Positions 12,797-27,309 of a stretch of DNA of 64,000 bases are shown here, piece by piece (the stretch's first letter is position 1; every line of letters begins with the position of its first letter). Source of the stretch: Geosiphon pyriformis uo1 (Eukaryota > Fungi > Glomeromycota); NCBI GenBank assembly GCA_016748015.1, contig JAAOMT010000219.1, forward strand, positions 176,436 to 240,435. The letters are read 5' to 3'. Position numbers and translations under genes: made by a program. Below the pieces are notes generated by a model. It ran no database searches. It was not told the DNA's origin and saw only the letters and a list, made by a program, of their open reading frames with translations.

Positions 12797-14701
12797 TTAA
12801 TAGTTCGAAATTTTTTTTTCCAAAATGCCATGATTTGCGATTTCTTTCAAAGCTTCTGCTGCTGTCATTACAACTGCATCAACTTTACTTTTTTTCACCA
12901 GGGTAACTAATTGTTCATGTACTTTTTCGTTTACTAATTTTTCAGCCAATGTTTTTTTAGACTTTGCGATATTTTTGATACATTCGGCACCTCGATGTTG
13001 TATTTCGGATGAATCATCAATAAGTAACAATCTTAAAACCTCTATACCTCGTGGTCGATCAACGATCATTATACACACATCAGGATTGGCGGAGAGGATG
13101 GCTAATATCCCGCTAGAAGCACGTCTTGTTTCTAAATCATCTACATCCGAAAGGGCAAGTAAAATTTTTATTTTATTTGCCGCTTTTCCCGGGTCACTAT
13201 ACATCTCATACACCGGCTCACAATACATCATGTTACAAAGACATTCAGTTGCCGCCCGTCGAATCATTATATTGTCAGAAAACTGTAGATTTTCTATTAT
13301 TGGAATTCCTTTAGCGTCAAAAATTAGATTTCTAATATCGTTGTCGGTACTTCCTAGATTTGTCAAGGCCATAAGGGCTTCAAATTGACAAAGTTCGTTT
13401 TGACCTTGGCATAAGCTCAGAAAAGGTCGAATCAAATCAGCAGCTTTTTCTCCCCTGAATGCCAAGTTAGGATCTATCGTAATTGCGATTTTAGCCAAAG
13501 CTTGTGCTCCCAGGCTCATGCCTTGTTGTGTTCCTTTCAAAGCCAGAGGGATCAAAGATCGTACACCACCCTGTTGGGCGATGGAACCACGGCATTTTTG
13601 ATCAGTAGTAAGATTAAGGAATGTTTGGGACACTACTTGTCTTATAGCGTGACTGGAATTTTTCCCCAAAATATTTAAAATAGGAACACCACCTTCGTTC
13701 AATATTTGTTTATTACGTTTGGATACACAGTCATCAGAATCTAAGGGGTCTTGTTCTATCATAGATTCTTCTCCGGCTATCTTTTTAAGTTGGAGAAGTT
13801 GTCTTTCTTTTTCACTGAGTGGTCTTTGATAAGATGTAATATTGACCAAGATAACAGCAATTCCATACATTAAGGAGTTGTTAGAATTCTCTGGGTCTTG
13901 AACAAGAGAAAAAAATCGCTTAATCAGTGTTGGATTATATGCAAGTATTTCTTTTACTTTAGGATTTAAGCTAGCATAAGCAAGTCCTTCAATCGCATAT
14001 GAGCGTACTGCAATATCAGATTTTTCATTAAGCACCATATTTTGAAATAATTGGGCGAGATTTACACCATTTAATCCAGTTTGATCAACAGATTTGGAGT
14101 TTCTTTCATCCACTAATATCTTGGTCAAAGTAATGGCAGCAGCAGCCTTATGCCTTTCAATCTTGCTTGAGGTCATTACAACAGACAAATACTTATGGCA
14201 ATGTTCTTTTATAATAACTCGACAAGTTTTATGAGAGCTAGCATGTGAGAGCATCTCGGTAACAACAATTTGAATGTCATCGCTCTCAAACTCGATACAA
14301 TCCATAATTTCTTCAAGCAGTCCGTCTTGCAAAAGAATCGCCGAGCCAATTTGTTCTCCCGCCTGAAATATCACTGATAGAGCGGAATAGCCATTCCGTT
14401 TATTTTGATTTTCAGTCGACCCGAGCCATCCAAGAATCAATTTTGAAGATATTATTTTGATTATTTCTTGATTTTTTTCAAGGTTTTCGAATAACTTTGT
14501 TAGGATTACAAGTAATTTAGATTTTACATCCTCATCCAAAGAAGAATCACCGAACGAAGTCAATATTTGTTGAAATGCCTCGGACTTTATAAATTTTAAA
14601 GAGAATGTTCTATCATTGTCTTCGACTATATTCCGTAAACAAGAATTAAGAGCAGAGGTATCAAACAGCCCTTGACTATTTCTCAGCAAGAGTAGATCCA
14701 T
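12797..14701 (-). CDS. SHE4: UCS-domain myosin co-chaperone (She4/Rng3/Cro1/UNC-45 family), single exon
   Basis: 634-aa ARM-repeat ORF with UCS motifs AIEGLAYASLNPKVKE, RGSIAQQGG, AQALAKIAITIDP, FEALMALTNL, RRAATECLCN and QHRG. Confidence 0.9.
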   Translation of the reverse strand: MDLLLLRNSQGLFDTSALNSCLRNIVEDNDRTFSLKFIKSEAFQQILTSFGDSSLDEDVKSKLLVILTKLFENLEKNQEIIKIISSKLILGWLGSTENQNKRNGYSALSVIFQAGEQIGSAILLQDGLLEEIMDCIEFESDDIQIVVTEMLSHASSHKTCRVIIKEHCHKYLSVVMTSSKIERHKAAAAITLTKILVDERNSKSVDQTGLNGVNLAQLFQNMVLNEKSDIAVRSYAIEGLAYASLNPKVKEILAYNPTLIKRFFSLVQDPENSNNSLMYGIAVILVNITSYQRPLSEKERQLLQLKKIAGEESMIEQDPLDSDDCVSKRNKQILNEGGVPILNILGKNSSHAIRQVVSQTFLNLTTDQKCRGSIAQQGGVRSLIPLALKGTQQGMSLGAQALAKIAITIDPNLAFRGEKAADLIRPFLSLCQGQNELCQFEALMALTNLGSTDNDIRNLIFDAKGIPIIENLQFSDNIMIRRAATECLCNMMYCEPVYEMYSDPGKAANKIKILLALSDVDDLETRRASSGILAILSANPDVCIMIVDRPRGIEVLRLLLIDDSSEIQHRGAECIKNIAKSKKTLAEKLVNEKVHEQLVTLVKKSKVDAVVMTAAEALKEIANHGILEKKISNY

Positions 14702-14864
14702 TAGAGCTAATAAAAGGCCAAAATTTCTTCACTTTATTTAATCACTGATCTACCTGTAGTACAACTATCAGTCGTTATACGTCACTCTGTGGGATCACAT
14801 TTAAAAAAAAAAAATCAAATTTTATCCAGTTTCTTTTTATCTCTGGGAATCGTTCAAATCGAAA

Positions 14865-15768
14865 ATGGTATGGTTTTTGCCAGAAATATAATTGTAGAGA
14901 TAGGAAACAATTGAGCACCGAGATTAAAGTCTTCTAGGATGGATGGGTCATTAGCCTATGACAAATAATAGGTTCAATTACCTTGAAGGAAATTCTAATA
15001 AATGTCTTTTGTTATAGGGTATTGACATTAAGAAGCATCACGTCCGAAAGAAGAATAGGACAGAGCCCAAAAGTGAAGATGTCTACCTCAAATTGTTAGT
15101 GAAGGTGAGCCTCCAAATTAAATGAACATGGAAAAAATACGAGATCGTTTTAAACTTTGAATAATCAATTTTTTTTAAGAAAGCGCACTATCAATATTCT
15201 AAATTTCTCATCAAGTCTTATATCCATAGCTTTACCGATTTTTAGCCCGTCGAACAGATTCCAGATTCAATAAAGTGGTTTTGAAACGACTTTACATGTC
15301 ACGCGTTAACCGCCCACCCATATCTGTGTCTCGTATAGTTCGCAATCTATCCAACAATAAAAGCAAAATAGCTGTGGTGGTTGGTACTGTGACGGATGAT
15401 GATCGATTATTGGAAATTCCAAAGATCACTATTGCTGCGCTCCGTGTAACAAAGACCGTTAAAGCTAGAATTTTACAAGCTGGTGGTCAAGTTCTAACCC
15501 TTGATCAATTGGCATTGCGCGCACCCACTGGCTCTAACACTATACTTCTAAGAGGGCCAAAGAATGCGCGTGAAGCTGTCAAACATTTTGGTATGGGACC
15601 TCATAAACACCGAAAGTAAGTCTTAATTTTTGATATATCCTTGTATTTGTAATTTATCTCGCTTTCAACTCACAACTCTTTCAAAAATATAGACCATATG
15701 TTCGTTCCAAAGGTAGAAAATTTGAAAAGGCTCGCGGTCGTCGAGAATCTCGTGGCTTCAAGGTGTAA
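14865..15768 (+). CDS. RPL18: 60S ribosomal protein L18 (eL18)
   Basis: ATG|intron|[29 protein letters not shown]|[55 protein letters not shown]. Confidence 0.97.
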
Positions 15769-16167
15769 AATATCAAGATAAGCTAATCTGCCAGGGCAGA
15801 AATTCTAAGAACAGGAAGGAGCGAGAGGAAAGTTTTAAATTGTTCTCACGGTAGTATTTTATCCTTTGGCAAGTAGATCTGTAATACCAGGTTGCAATAG
15901 CAAACTGCTGCTTTTCCAAGTAATCTTTTGATATCTAGAATTAGCAACCATTTTTAGATTATGATTACCTATATCTAAAATATTACCCACTAACAAATAT
16001 AGGCTCAGATCTAAAAACGTATCAAATGCCTCTAAATCTTTAACTATAGTTGAAATATTATAATCTTGTGTAACTGTGGAAAATCAATACGCAATTCAAA
16101 TAGGAATTATTTATTAATCAACAGCCCGAGTTAACGAACATTTCGACTTCTTTTTTTATTTGTTAAT

Positions 16168-17393
16168 ATGGACCACTTCCCGAACAACTGGGGAAAGCCT
16201 CGTGCAGAACGCAGGGACGAATATAATACCTTTCCTCTCAATGTTAAACCTAAAACATATTCGATTTCGGAGGCAGTAACCCATACCCAGTAATTCAAAA
16301 TTCAACCATTCTACAACTTTTTTACTTGCACCCATCCTGAGTTTCACCGTTGTCACTTGCGTGGAATTCATAGGTCCCCAATCGTTACGGGTACCTCAGT
16401 TATTGGTTTCAAGTATCAGGATGGTGTCATGATGGCTGCTGATAACTTGGGTAAAGCTCCGGGAAATTAGAGTTTTCACTAAACTATATGATTTAACTCA
16501 ACCACCTCATATAGCCTCCTATGGGCAATTGGCTCGCTTCAAGGATATCCAGCGTTTGCATCCTTTGGGGGATCACACTGTGCTTGGGGCTTCTGGTGAT
16601 ATTTCAGACTTTCAATACACGATAAAAATGTTAAATTCCTTAATGTAGTTATCAATTTCTAACTGTTGATATTTGAAGTTCTTTATCCTATTTTAAATTT
16701 TTCGCTCTTATAGGACGAAAGAATATTACATAAATGACGGACATGTATTTCAGTCTCCTCATATCTATGAATATTTAAGCCGCGTAATGTATCAGCGCCG
16801 ATCCGAATTCAACCCTCTGTGGAATGGATATATCGTGGGTGGATTTCACAAAGGGGAAGGGTGAGGAATCGATAATAAGCCAAAATTCCAATTAGCTGGT
16901 TTTAATGGTTTATACCAATGATGATTCATAGTTTTCTCGGCTATGTGGACTTGCTTGGGACAACCTACCAGGCATCCACTATTGCGACAGGTTTTGGCGC
17001 CTATCTTGCTCTGCCAATTTTGCGTAAAGTTGTCGACGGTCGTGAGAATTTACTCACGGAAGCTGAGGCCATTGAACTCGTAGATCAATGCATGAGAGTT
17101 CTTTTCTATCGAGATGCTAGGAGCCTAAACAAGGTACCTGTTAAAAATTTGTCTTTTTAATTATAGATATGACACTTGTATTCCAACTTTACTTATATTA
17201 TTCCTGGTCAGTTTCAACGCGCTAAAATTACCGCTCACGGTGTAGAAATTTCTGAACCTATATCTCTTGCAACAGACTGGGAAATTGGTGCATCAGTCAG
17301 AGGTGAAGGAATATTTTAAGATTTTTAATTTCCCATGGTTCAGATATTGATAATCTATAATCCAATTAATTTAATATAGGTTATGGCACCTAA
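16168..17393 (+). CDS. PRE4: 20S proteasome subunit beta-7 (PSMB4/Pre4), multi-exon
   Basis: MDHFPNNWGKPR..HTQSPIVTGTSVIG..AADNLASYGQLARF..GDISDFQ..YQRRSEFNPLWN..ATGFGAYLALPILR..CMRVLFYRDARS..GYGT*. Confidence 0.95.
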
Positions 17394-17762
17394 ACTCAAT
17401 AATGTTCCAAAGTATCCGACCTCGCTGAATTTAATTCTTCAGGAATGTTTAAAAGTATTTAAATTCAGTTACCCTTAAATATAATATCCAAAGGGAACAT
17501 TGCTTATGTTGCAATGTTAAAATAAGTTGCCTGGGAAAGGATGTATTGAGCCTTGTCCTAGGTAAATTTAGTCAGGTTTAAAATCAAATTCATTGTTACT
17601 GGCTCCGCCTTCATTAAAAAAAACTGTAGAATCTAATGACAAATCTTAATAAGTTTATTATACGCATGTTTTAAATCTCAAACATTTTAATAACTAAAAA
17701 ACAAATCAGAGATGGAAGAAAATGCTGATATAATTCATAATGTACATAGTTGTCAGAATTGG

Positions 17763-20313
17763 TTAGCTGCATTGTGCTCTCAATTTCTCGATCTCACTCT
17801 TTAACGAATTTAACGAAAATCTTTCATAATTCAGAATTTCTAATTCTTCTTCAGCCATTCGACGTGCATGCCACCAGCATTGATCAACTTCTTGAACCCC
17901 ATTCAAAAATTCGATTACTTCCCCTTCATTATCTTGCGCCTTCGCAATAGCTTGTAAAGCATGCGACCACTGTGATTCGTAGGTTTTTTGAGCAAGCATT
18001 GTAGCTTCCAATTGGCTTCGTAAAATTTTGATCTCTGACTGTAAATTTCTTATAGTATCTTTGGCACTCGGGGTACGTTCTCTTAAGAATTTATATTTCT
18101 GCAATAATTCAGCTTCTAATTGGGCTTTCATATCTTTAGTGCGCTGGTCAAATTGTCGGTCAAGTTCCAGCCATCTTCTTTCAATATCTCTCTCCGAACG
18201 CAGCAAGCTTTCATCTCGCGTTTCAAAAAACAATATTGTTTTTTGGAGTTGTTGATCGATCGATTTCAATTGTTGGACTTTACTTTGAGCAAAGCTTTGG
18301 TGTTTTCCATCTTTTTTAGGGCGGAGAGTCTCTTGAGTAAATTTAGCGTGTTCGACCGCTTGCTGAAATATTTTAGAGCGAAATTTAAATATTGAAGAAC
18401 GAGAATCACTATTTTTAAGAATACTGCGATCTAATATCTGGCCCAGAGATTGATTTTGATCAAGATTCGTCAATTGGTTATCATTACGTAAATTAGTTGC
18501 TTCACAAAGATCATCTGGATGGTTTTCTTTTACAGGCCCAGATTGAGTAAATATATTGTTGCTTGTACTGTTGTGATGGTTTGCAGTTTTATCGCCATAA
18601 TCTTCAAGACGAATAGAGACACTGATATTTCCCATCTCAGTTGAAGTTGTGATTCCTGTTGATTTAATGGGGGCCAATGTGGTAAATTTTAATATTTCGG
18701 CAGTATTTTGTTCATCTCGCATTGGATTTGATAAAAATACTTCTGCTAAATGAAGTGAAGCCACCCCAATTTCCAGATCTTTTGATTCGCTCATCTGCCA
18801 TAATTCTAAAAGCAAAGGAACAGCTTCAAAGTATCGCTGTAATCGTTGAGGAGTCATCCTCACATAAATAGTGTTTATACCATTATATAGCGGTGTTTCA
18901 ATCCCAGGTTCAAACTTTACTAAAGCCTGCGTAGACTTATAATTAGTTATCCCCAAGGCAGGATAGCTATACTTGATGTAAATATTTGGGATGACTTTAA
19001 CTAGATTTATTGATATCAATTCAAATACTATTCGATATTCATGATCACAATTCTGTTCCAAAAACTGTGGAGAGCCATTGTTATCCAATTTTAATAAAGG
19101 GGCACGTAATTCCAAATGAGGCGAGGGAGTTGGAAGAGAGTCCTCAAAATAAAAGCTATTATTCTCGCGCTCAACGATTAAAAATACACCAATTCTAGCC
19201 GTTTGCACGTCTGCTGAAACAGGCAGCTCCCTTTTTGAATTATACATCGGACAAACTCTGTCTAGTGACCGAGGTTCATAGGTGCTTCTATCAAAAAGAC
19301 CTGTCAGAGGAACCTCAGCAAATCCAATTATCTCTGTGTCGTGATATAAGTTTATAACTAATTTTGATTCTTGAGTTAAGTACTCTTCCAGATTTTTCAA
19401 AGAAGATTGAATCTGAAAAGTTATTGATTCTGGTTTAAAATTTGGATGACTTAGATCATAGAATCTGCTCGATGTTATGATGTTATCAAGAATACCATAT
19501 TGAAAAAAATACCCATGGCTGATCGTCATAATATCTAGATCATGAAATTGTTGTTGACCACTTGCTGAAATAGAGTTTTGTAGCAAAAGTTCCAAATTTG
19601 TTCCAAAATTAATCGTAATCGAAAAAAGTAATATGTCAGTAGGATTTTCTCCAATGAGATATAGCCCATCATCTTTTCTTTGTAGAGAGAGTTTTCCTGA
19701 TTCAACTGTTTCTTTCATTGGAGGATTATATTCTACTGATTTCCCAGTTTGAATTGAAAAACAATCAGGTGTCGTAGGCGGCGATAAGTTGGCAAGAATA
19801 CAGAATGAGATTTTCACTTCAGGACGAAGTCCTCGCATATGCGTATTAAGTAACGAAACCCACTTTTCCTTTCCAGGCCGATCAACCGCAGCTCTAAGGT
19901 CTAACATTGTATATCCAACAAGTTCATTTCTGCCAAGAGAATTAACCGAAAAACATTGAAGCTTTAAATGGGCCCAATGGGAACAAAGATTATGCAGTGT
20001 TTTCCGGTCAATCTCCCAAGCGAGCTCAGTATCCCATGTGGGAAAACTAACTTGTTCAACACAATCAGTGGTCAAAATGGAGCTGGAATCAGGGCTAATG
20101 GTAGAAACTATTTCATCGGTAAACCTGCATTCGACAAAAAGCTTCGACTTCGGATTCTGTTCAAAGTACCGACCTGGGAAAATGTGGTTGAAAGCTCAGT
20201 GGTTGAAGACTGTCTGACTTTTCAAACAAGTGGCAATATGAGCGGAAAAAAATACGCTACCAACCCTCAATAACTGTTACAAGAATTGTACAAAGGGGGT
20301 TGAATTTCGACAT
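17763..20313 (-). CDS. CEP120: CEP120-like protein (tandem C2/DUF3668 domains plus C-terminal coiled coil), two exons (intron 20174-20264)
   Basis: ILVTVIEG|RYF..TELAWEIDRKTLH..LKLQCF..VGYTMLDLR..KWVSLLN closely matches the CEP120 C2A domain as I recall it (IVVSILEGRHF..ATELAWEIDRKALH..IKLQCF..IGYIVLDLR..KWYQLL). A third C2 region (YIKYSYP..PLLLELW..IGVASLHL) and a coiled-coil tail follow. Confidence 0.82.
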
Positions 20314-20460
20314 TGGATGAGTTTTCGAAAAGAAATTAGAGATGGGTTATTGTGTATGATTTGTGCTACCTAATAGTCATCTTCGAAAAATTTTGGTCCT
20401 TGTAAAGTTGATAACTGATCAAACTAATATAGTAGAGTGCTTTCATTTTCCTTACGTCCA

Positions 20461-23149
20461 ATGGACCTGGAACAGCCCAAAATTGTTGAAACAGAGGGAA
20501 AGAAAAAGACCAAAAAACAGAAAAATAAAAAAGTACAAACTCACCCAAAAGTGGAAGCTAAAGAACAAACCGATTTTCAACTTGACCCGCACCAGTCTAC
20601 AGAGGGTACAAAGAGAAAAAGGAAAGAAGAAAATATCAAAGATCCTGTTAAGAAATTAAAGAACGAAATAGAAGCGCACAGGACGGCAGGAGGACCAGAA
20701 GAACAGAAGGAAATTTTTGATAATATAAATAAAGTTGAAAAGGAATCACCTAAAAGATCTGATAAAAAAGAGGCTCGGAATTCCAATAAGCGTAGCAAAC
20801 AAAATCTAGAACAAACCTCCAGAAGTGAGCACCATTCCGACACTAAAACCTTTTCCAAAGCCAATGACGAGTTGAAGACTGGTGAATATGAAGACACAAT
20901 TTCCCGGAGTAACTTCCAACTTCCAAACGAGACTTTGAAACAAACGTCCAAAAACTCAGCTTCGCCTAACGAAGCTCAAAGATTAAACATGGATATTGAT
21001 TATGAAGAGGATCATGAAAAGAAATTTGAGGCTCCATACCAAAATATCGAAGATAGTACCAGAAGGGAGAATAAAAATAGCAAGGTTGATTTCGAGGATA
21101 TTTCTCAACTTGATACCAAAGGTTTTTATGCTTTCCATTTCATATTTTTCAGATTTTGAATGCTGCTTCATTTGCCGATTGTTTTTTTCAGTAAACCAAT
21201 CTATGGAAACTCTCGATTTCAACTTCGAGTCGTTGGATATTTCAGAGGGTACAAAAAAGGCTATTAAAGACATGGGTTTTACAAAAATGACTGAAGTTCA
21301 AGCGAGAACTATACCTCCTTTGATGGCTGGTCTTGATGTCTTGGGAGCCGCAAAAACTGGGTCTGGAAAAACCTTGGCGTTCTTAATCCCAGCCATTGAA
21401 ATCCTTTATAAGTTGAAATTCAAGCCAAGAAATGGTTCGACGAACAAGAATTATTTAAAAATTCTCACAATTACAAGTATTAAATATGGATATCCTTTGC
21501 TTCTTAGGAACCGGTATAATTGTTATTTCACCCACTCGAGAGCTTGCCCTTCAGATTTTTGGAGTAGCAAAAGATCTTCTCAAATACCATCAACAAACCT
21601 TTGGTATTGTTATGGGGGGCGCCAATCGGCAAGCCGAAGTCCAGAAATTAGTAAAGGGTGTCAATTTACTGATTGCTACGCCTGGTCGACTGCTGGATCA
21701 TTTGCAGGTATTTATAGAGCAAAAGTTACTCGATTGTAACCAATTTTTATTATTTCAATTATAATATAATATATAACCTTTTTTGTTTAAGAAAGAATAC
21801 AAAAGGATTCATTTATAAGAACACAAAAGCTCTTATCATTGATGAAGCGGATCGCATCCTTGAAATTGGATTTGAAGAAGAAATGAAGCAAATTATTAAG
21901 ATTCTTCCCAATGGTAACTCGATTATCATTGAGATTTTCTGTTTGTCAATTAGATTTGACCGATATTTTTAACAGAAAATCGGCAGTCCATGCTTTTCTC
22001 GGCCACTCAGACAACGAAAGTTGAAGACCTTGCTCGCGTCTCGTTGAGACAAAATCCTATCTATATAAATGTTGATCAGCAGAAAGAGAGATCCACAGTA
22101 GATGGCCTTGTGCAAGGCTACGTTATCTGTGAAAGTGACAAGAGATTCTTGTTACTATTTACCTTTTTGAAAAAGAATTTAGATAAAAAGTTGATTGTTT
22201 TCTTTTCTAGTTGTAAATCTGTACAATACCATGCTGAATTGCTGAATTACGTTGATATTCCTGTTTTAGATTTGCATGTAAGTGATTGTTTATGTTTATG
22301 TCAAATATATAACTCATAGAGTAGCCATTCACACATTACATTTACTCGATTAACTTTTATATTTAGGGTAAACAAAAGCAAACTAAAAGAACTCAAACTT
22401 TCTTCGAGTTCATGAATGCAGAAAAAGGAATTCTTCTTTGTACAGATGTTGCCGCCCGTGGTTTGGACGTTCCAGCTGTTGATTGGATTGTTCAATATGA
22501 TCCTCCAGATGAACCACGTGATTACATTCATCGTGTGGGAAGAACTGCAAGAGCTGGCAGCAAAGGTCGAAGCCTCCTGTTTTTATTACCAACTGAACTT
22601 GGATTTTTGCGGTATTTGAAACATGCTAAAATCCCGTTGAACGAGTACGAATTCCCTACCACCAAAATTGCCAATGTTCAGTCACAAGTATGTCTATACC
22701 AAATAATGACTATAGAATTCAGAATATTTTCTAGGGTATCTAGGTGAAAATATATTGATTGATCCCATTCTAACTTATTTTATTTCATTTTCCTCTCCAC
22801 CACCTTACATCAGCTCGAGAAATTAGTGGAAAAGAATTATTATCTTCACGAATCTGCCCGTGCCGGATTCAAGTCATATTTAATGGCCTATGCATCCTAC
22901 TCCCTAAAATCAATCTTTAACGTTAATCATCTGGATCTTCAAAAAGTCGGCAAAGCTTTTGGGTTCCCAGTTCCTCCAAGGGTTAATATCAATATTGGAG
23001 CCAGTGGAAAGGAGCCAAAAGTTCAAAGACGAAAGATTGTTGGAAGAGTCGATACGCAATTTAAAACGATGAGTGGAGGAAAAGAGCATTTTGTAAAGCA
23101 ACGCAATAGTGCTCTCGGACAAAAAAATGGGGCACAATGGAGCCGGTGA
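20461..23149 (+). CDS. HAS1: DEAD-box RNA helicase Has1/DDX18, multi-exon, with a long charged N-terminus
   Basis: Motifs [64 protein letters not shown], and the Has1 C-terminal [19 protein letters not shown]. Confidence 0.95.
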
Positions 23150-23483
23150 CAAGGATCAAAATTTTTTGATTACAACGCTGCGATAATTTCAACCTTAATT
23201 CCCTTTTAAAAATACTAGGCTATCTCAATAACCGAGTCACACACTGATTGTTCAGATTGAAAGAGTTTATTTGAGAGAGGGCAACTGTAAATTATTAATG
23301 GCAATAAATACCCAAATTCTGGTAATGTCAAAAAGTTAGCGGTAATTATAAACATATAACTTGATATAATTAAGGTAGATTTTTTAGTCTCAAGAGCAAA
23401 ACATGTTTGTTTGCAGATTTGTTCGTAAAACCAGTCATTCGTAGACAAACAAAATTCAAACTCAAAGAGACACTCGTGTTCTT

Positions 23484-24839
23484 TTAATCAATAGCATATG
23501 GATCAGGATTCATATAACGTCGATTTGTTGGAAAGCGAGGTGCACCTGGAACAGGTGGTAATGGCATTGAATTAGGCATCCCTATCATAGTTTGCATTAC
23601 AGGTGCCATTTGGACGGGGACAGAAGTTGGGATCGCAGCCATTTGCACATTAACCCCTGGTGGGATTGCAGCCATTTGGGCCGTCATTTGAACAGTCGGA
23701 ATAACAGCCATTGGTTGGATTACTCTGATTCCACCATTCGCCATTGCGTTTGTGTTATGTTGGATTGCATTAGAGTTATGCGGAATCTGATTTGGATTAT
23801 GTATGAGATTTTGATTATGCTGCATCTGATTTTGATTATGCTGCATCTGGTTGGGATTGTGCTGAATTTGATTGTGATTAATTTGGATTTGATTCGGATT
23901 ATGTTGTATTTGGTTAGATTGCATTGTGTTAGCCTGAATTGTATTATGTTGCATTGTATTGGTATACGCAAGTTCTTCAAAATATGGATGCTCTAAGGCT
24001 TTTTTAGCTGTAATGCGGTTGTCTGGTTGATAAACCAACATTTTATTTAATAAATCCATTCCCAATGGATCTATCATCGGTAAGTGATGCGCCATATCGG
24101 TAGCATTATAGGCCGGATAAGGCTTATGATAATCTTGATATTGTGTTACCCCTGGCCAGGTAGCTTCATTTGGCGTCCCCATTATACGAAATATCTTAAT
24201 TAATTGATCGTCGTTAGTTGTGCCAGGAAACAAGGGACGTCCAGTATACATCTCGGCCATTATACAACCAGCAGACCAGATATCAATTGATGTAGAATAT
24301 GACCTTGATCCGAGGAGTACGTCAGGCGAGCGATACCATAATGTAACAACTTCATTTGAAAAGGTCGAGACAGGAATTCCAAAAGCACGAGCAAGGCCGA
24401 AATCAGCAAGTTTAAGATTTCCATTTTTGTTGATAAGTAGATTTTGAGGCTTCAAATCTCGATGAAGGACTCGATTTTCGTGACAAAAGGAAATTCCACG
24501 AAGCATTTGATACATAAAACTCTTTATTGTGAAGGGATCTAAAGCTCCATGATTTCCGTGGGTGTCCATATATTTTTTTAAATCCTGATCCATATACTCA
24601 AATACAAGCATGAGCTTATTCTCAGTATGAATTACATCTTGAAGACGAACGATATTGCTGTGTTTCAATTCTTTCATAAGCGAAATCTCACGAATAGCTG
24701 TTGACGGAGCGCCCTCTTCAGAGTCGAGGTGGATCTCCTTTAATGCAACAATTTCACCATTCATCCGATTTTTTCCCTTGTAAACCGTGGCGTAGGTGCC
24801 TTCCCCCAGTTTCTCCAATCGATGATACTTATCTGACAT
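23484..24839 (-). CDS. PHO85: Cyclin-dependent kinase Pho85 (CDK5-like) with a Q/N/H-rich C-terminal extension, intronless
   Basis: [83 protein letters not shown]. Confidence 0.93.
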   Translation of the reverse strand: MSDKYHRLEKLGEGTYATVYKGKNRMNGEIVALKEIHLDSEEGAPSTAIREISLMKELKHSNIVRLQDVIHTENKLMLVFEYMDQDLKKYMDTHGNHGALDPFTIKSFMYQMLRGISFCHENRVLHRDLKPQNLLINKNGNLKLADFGLARAFGIPVSTFSNEVVTLWYRSPDVLLGSRSYSTSIDIWSAGCIMAEMYTGRPLFPGTTNDDQLIKIFRIMGTPNEATWPGVTQYQDYHKPYPAYNATDMAHHLPMIDPLGMDLLNKMLVYQPDNRITAKKALEHPYFEELAYTNTMQHNTIQANTMQSNQIQHNPNQIQINHNQIQHNPNQMQHNQNQMQHNQNLIHNPNQIPHNSNAIQHNTNAMANGGIRVIQPMAVIPTVQMTAQMAAIPPGVNVQMAAIPTSVPVQMAPVMQTMIGMPNSMPLPPVPGAPRFPTNRRYMNPDPYAID

Positions 24840-25331
24840 TGCGGGTCAACTCTTAACTGAACGATTAGAAATGTGAAGAGATCTGAAGGTTGAGTACAAC
24901 CTTTCATAAAGTCAGTAAAAACCACAAAGATACAAATGAAGCAAAAAACCTTAGAAACACTGGCAGTTTTCCTAATGACTTCAAAATTTCACTTAAGGGT
25001 TTATACTTCGTTTGAAAAAGTTCCACAAACTGTCAAGGACCTAATAAATCATGTATTTCATATATCTACAAAAGAAATTGTGTCAACTTACGCCCATTGT
25101 TTATCTCCTTGGTGGAATCTCAGTCACGTTGCAATAATTTATCACATGGTGCCTTACCATTTACTCTGATATCATACGCCGAGCTGCGGGCTCATTAAGT
25201 ATTGGGCATTATCAATTTTTAAGCAAAAAAGTGAGTTTCCATCAAGGCTGCGAGATATCAAAGTAAAATATCAATTCCATTTGTCCCCACAAAAGGAAAG
25301 CTTCCAAGTGCTTTTGCCTGTTTTAACAATC

Positions 25332-26696
<1,365 letters not shown>

Positions 26697-27121
26697 TTTG
26701 CAGCATAGACCAGATAGGTATAAGATATTCCTGGTTTGATCATACGTTATATAAGCGCGTGAACAAAAGAGATTTACCTATTCCTGTGTTTTAACATTTC
26801 AATTTAATTAATTTAAAACCTAAGACTTTCAAAACGACATGTTTCTATCAGTTCTTTTATTTCCCTGAAATTTTTTGAGTATTTCGGGAGGCTTCGAACA
26901 ATCATTCATTTAGGTTACACCTAATTCTAGTTCTCAAATTTGTCTTTAATTGATGGGGTCTGGAATTGCAACCTCATTTTACAGTAAATATTGCACAAAA
27001 ATACTCGGATTATAGTTAAATTTGTCTTTTTACAAGAACATTGTTTAGCAATAAGGATATAATTCAAATAAAATAAATGGTGATTTTCAATTATGTAAAA
27101 AATAAACTTGTTAATTGTATG

Positions 27122-27232
27122 AAATTTATTTATTTATTTCAATACTTTAACAAAATGTGATCCAACTATCTACGCACATGCAACAAGGAGTATTACATAG
27201 TAGTAGTTCGCGCGCTTTCTACCTGTGACCAG
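27122..27232 (-). mobile_element. Short 5'-truncated LINE remnant (3' tail only)
   Basis: Minus strand CTGGTCACAGGTAGAAAGCGCGCGAACTAC..TGTAA..GTTGGATC..TTGTTAAA..AAATAAATAATAAA matches the 3' tails at 30819-30958, 31285-31411 and 54843-54983. Confidence 0.6.
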
Positions 27233-27309
27233 CTACCTCCACTAACCAGCCAAATTATTAATTTAACTAAATGCAATCCCCAGCTATCGAACCATTCTTC
27301 TCGGTATAT

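Noticed and set aside
12975-24447. Antisense and alternative-frame ORFs overlapping SHE4, CEP120, HAS1 and PHO85
   Set aside because: Shadow ORFs with no recognisable motifs.
25126-25131. Pho4-type CACGTT site upstream of PHO85
   Set aside because: A single hexamer is expected by chance.
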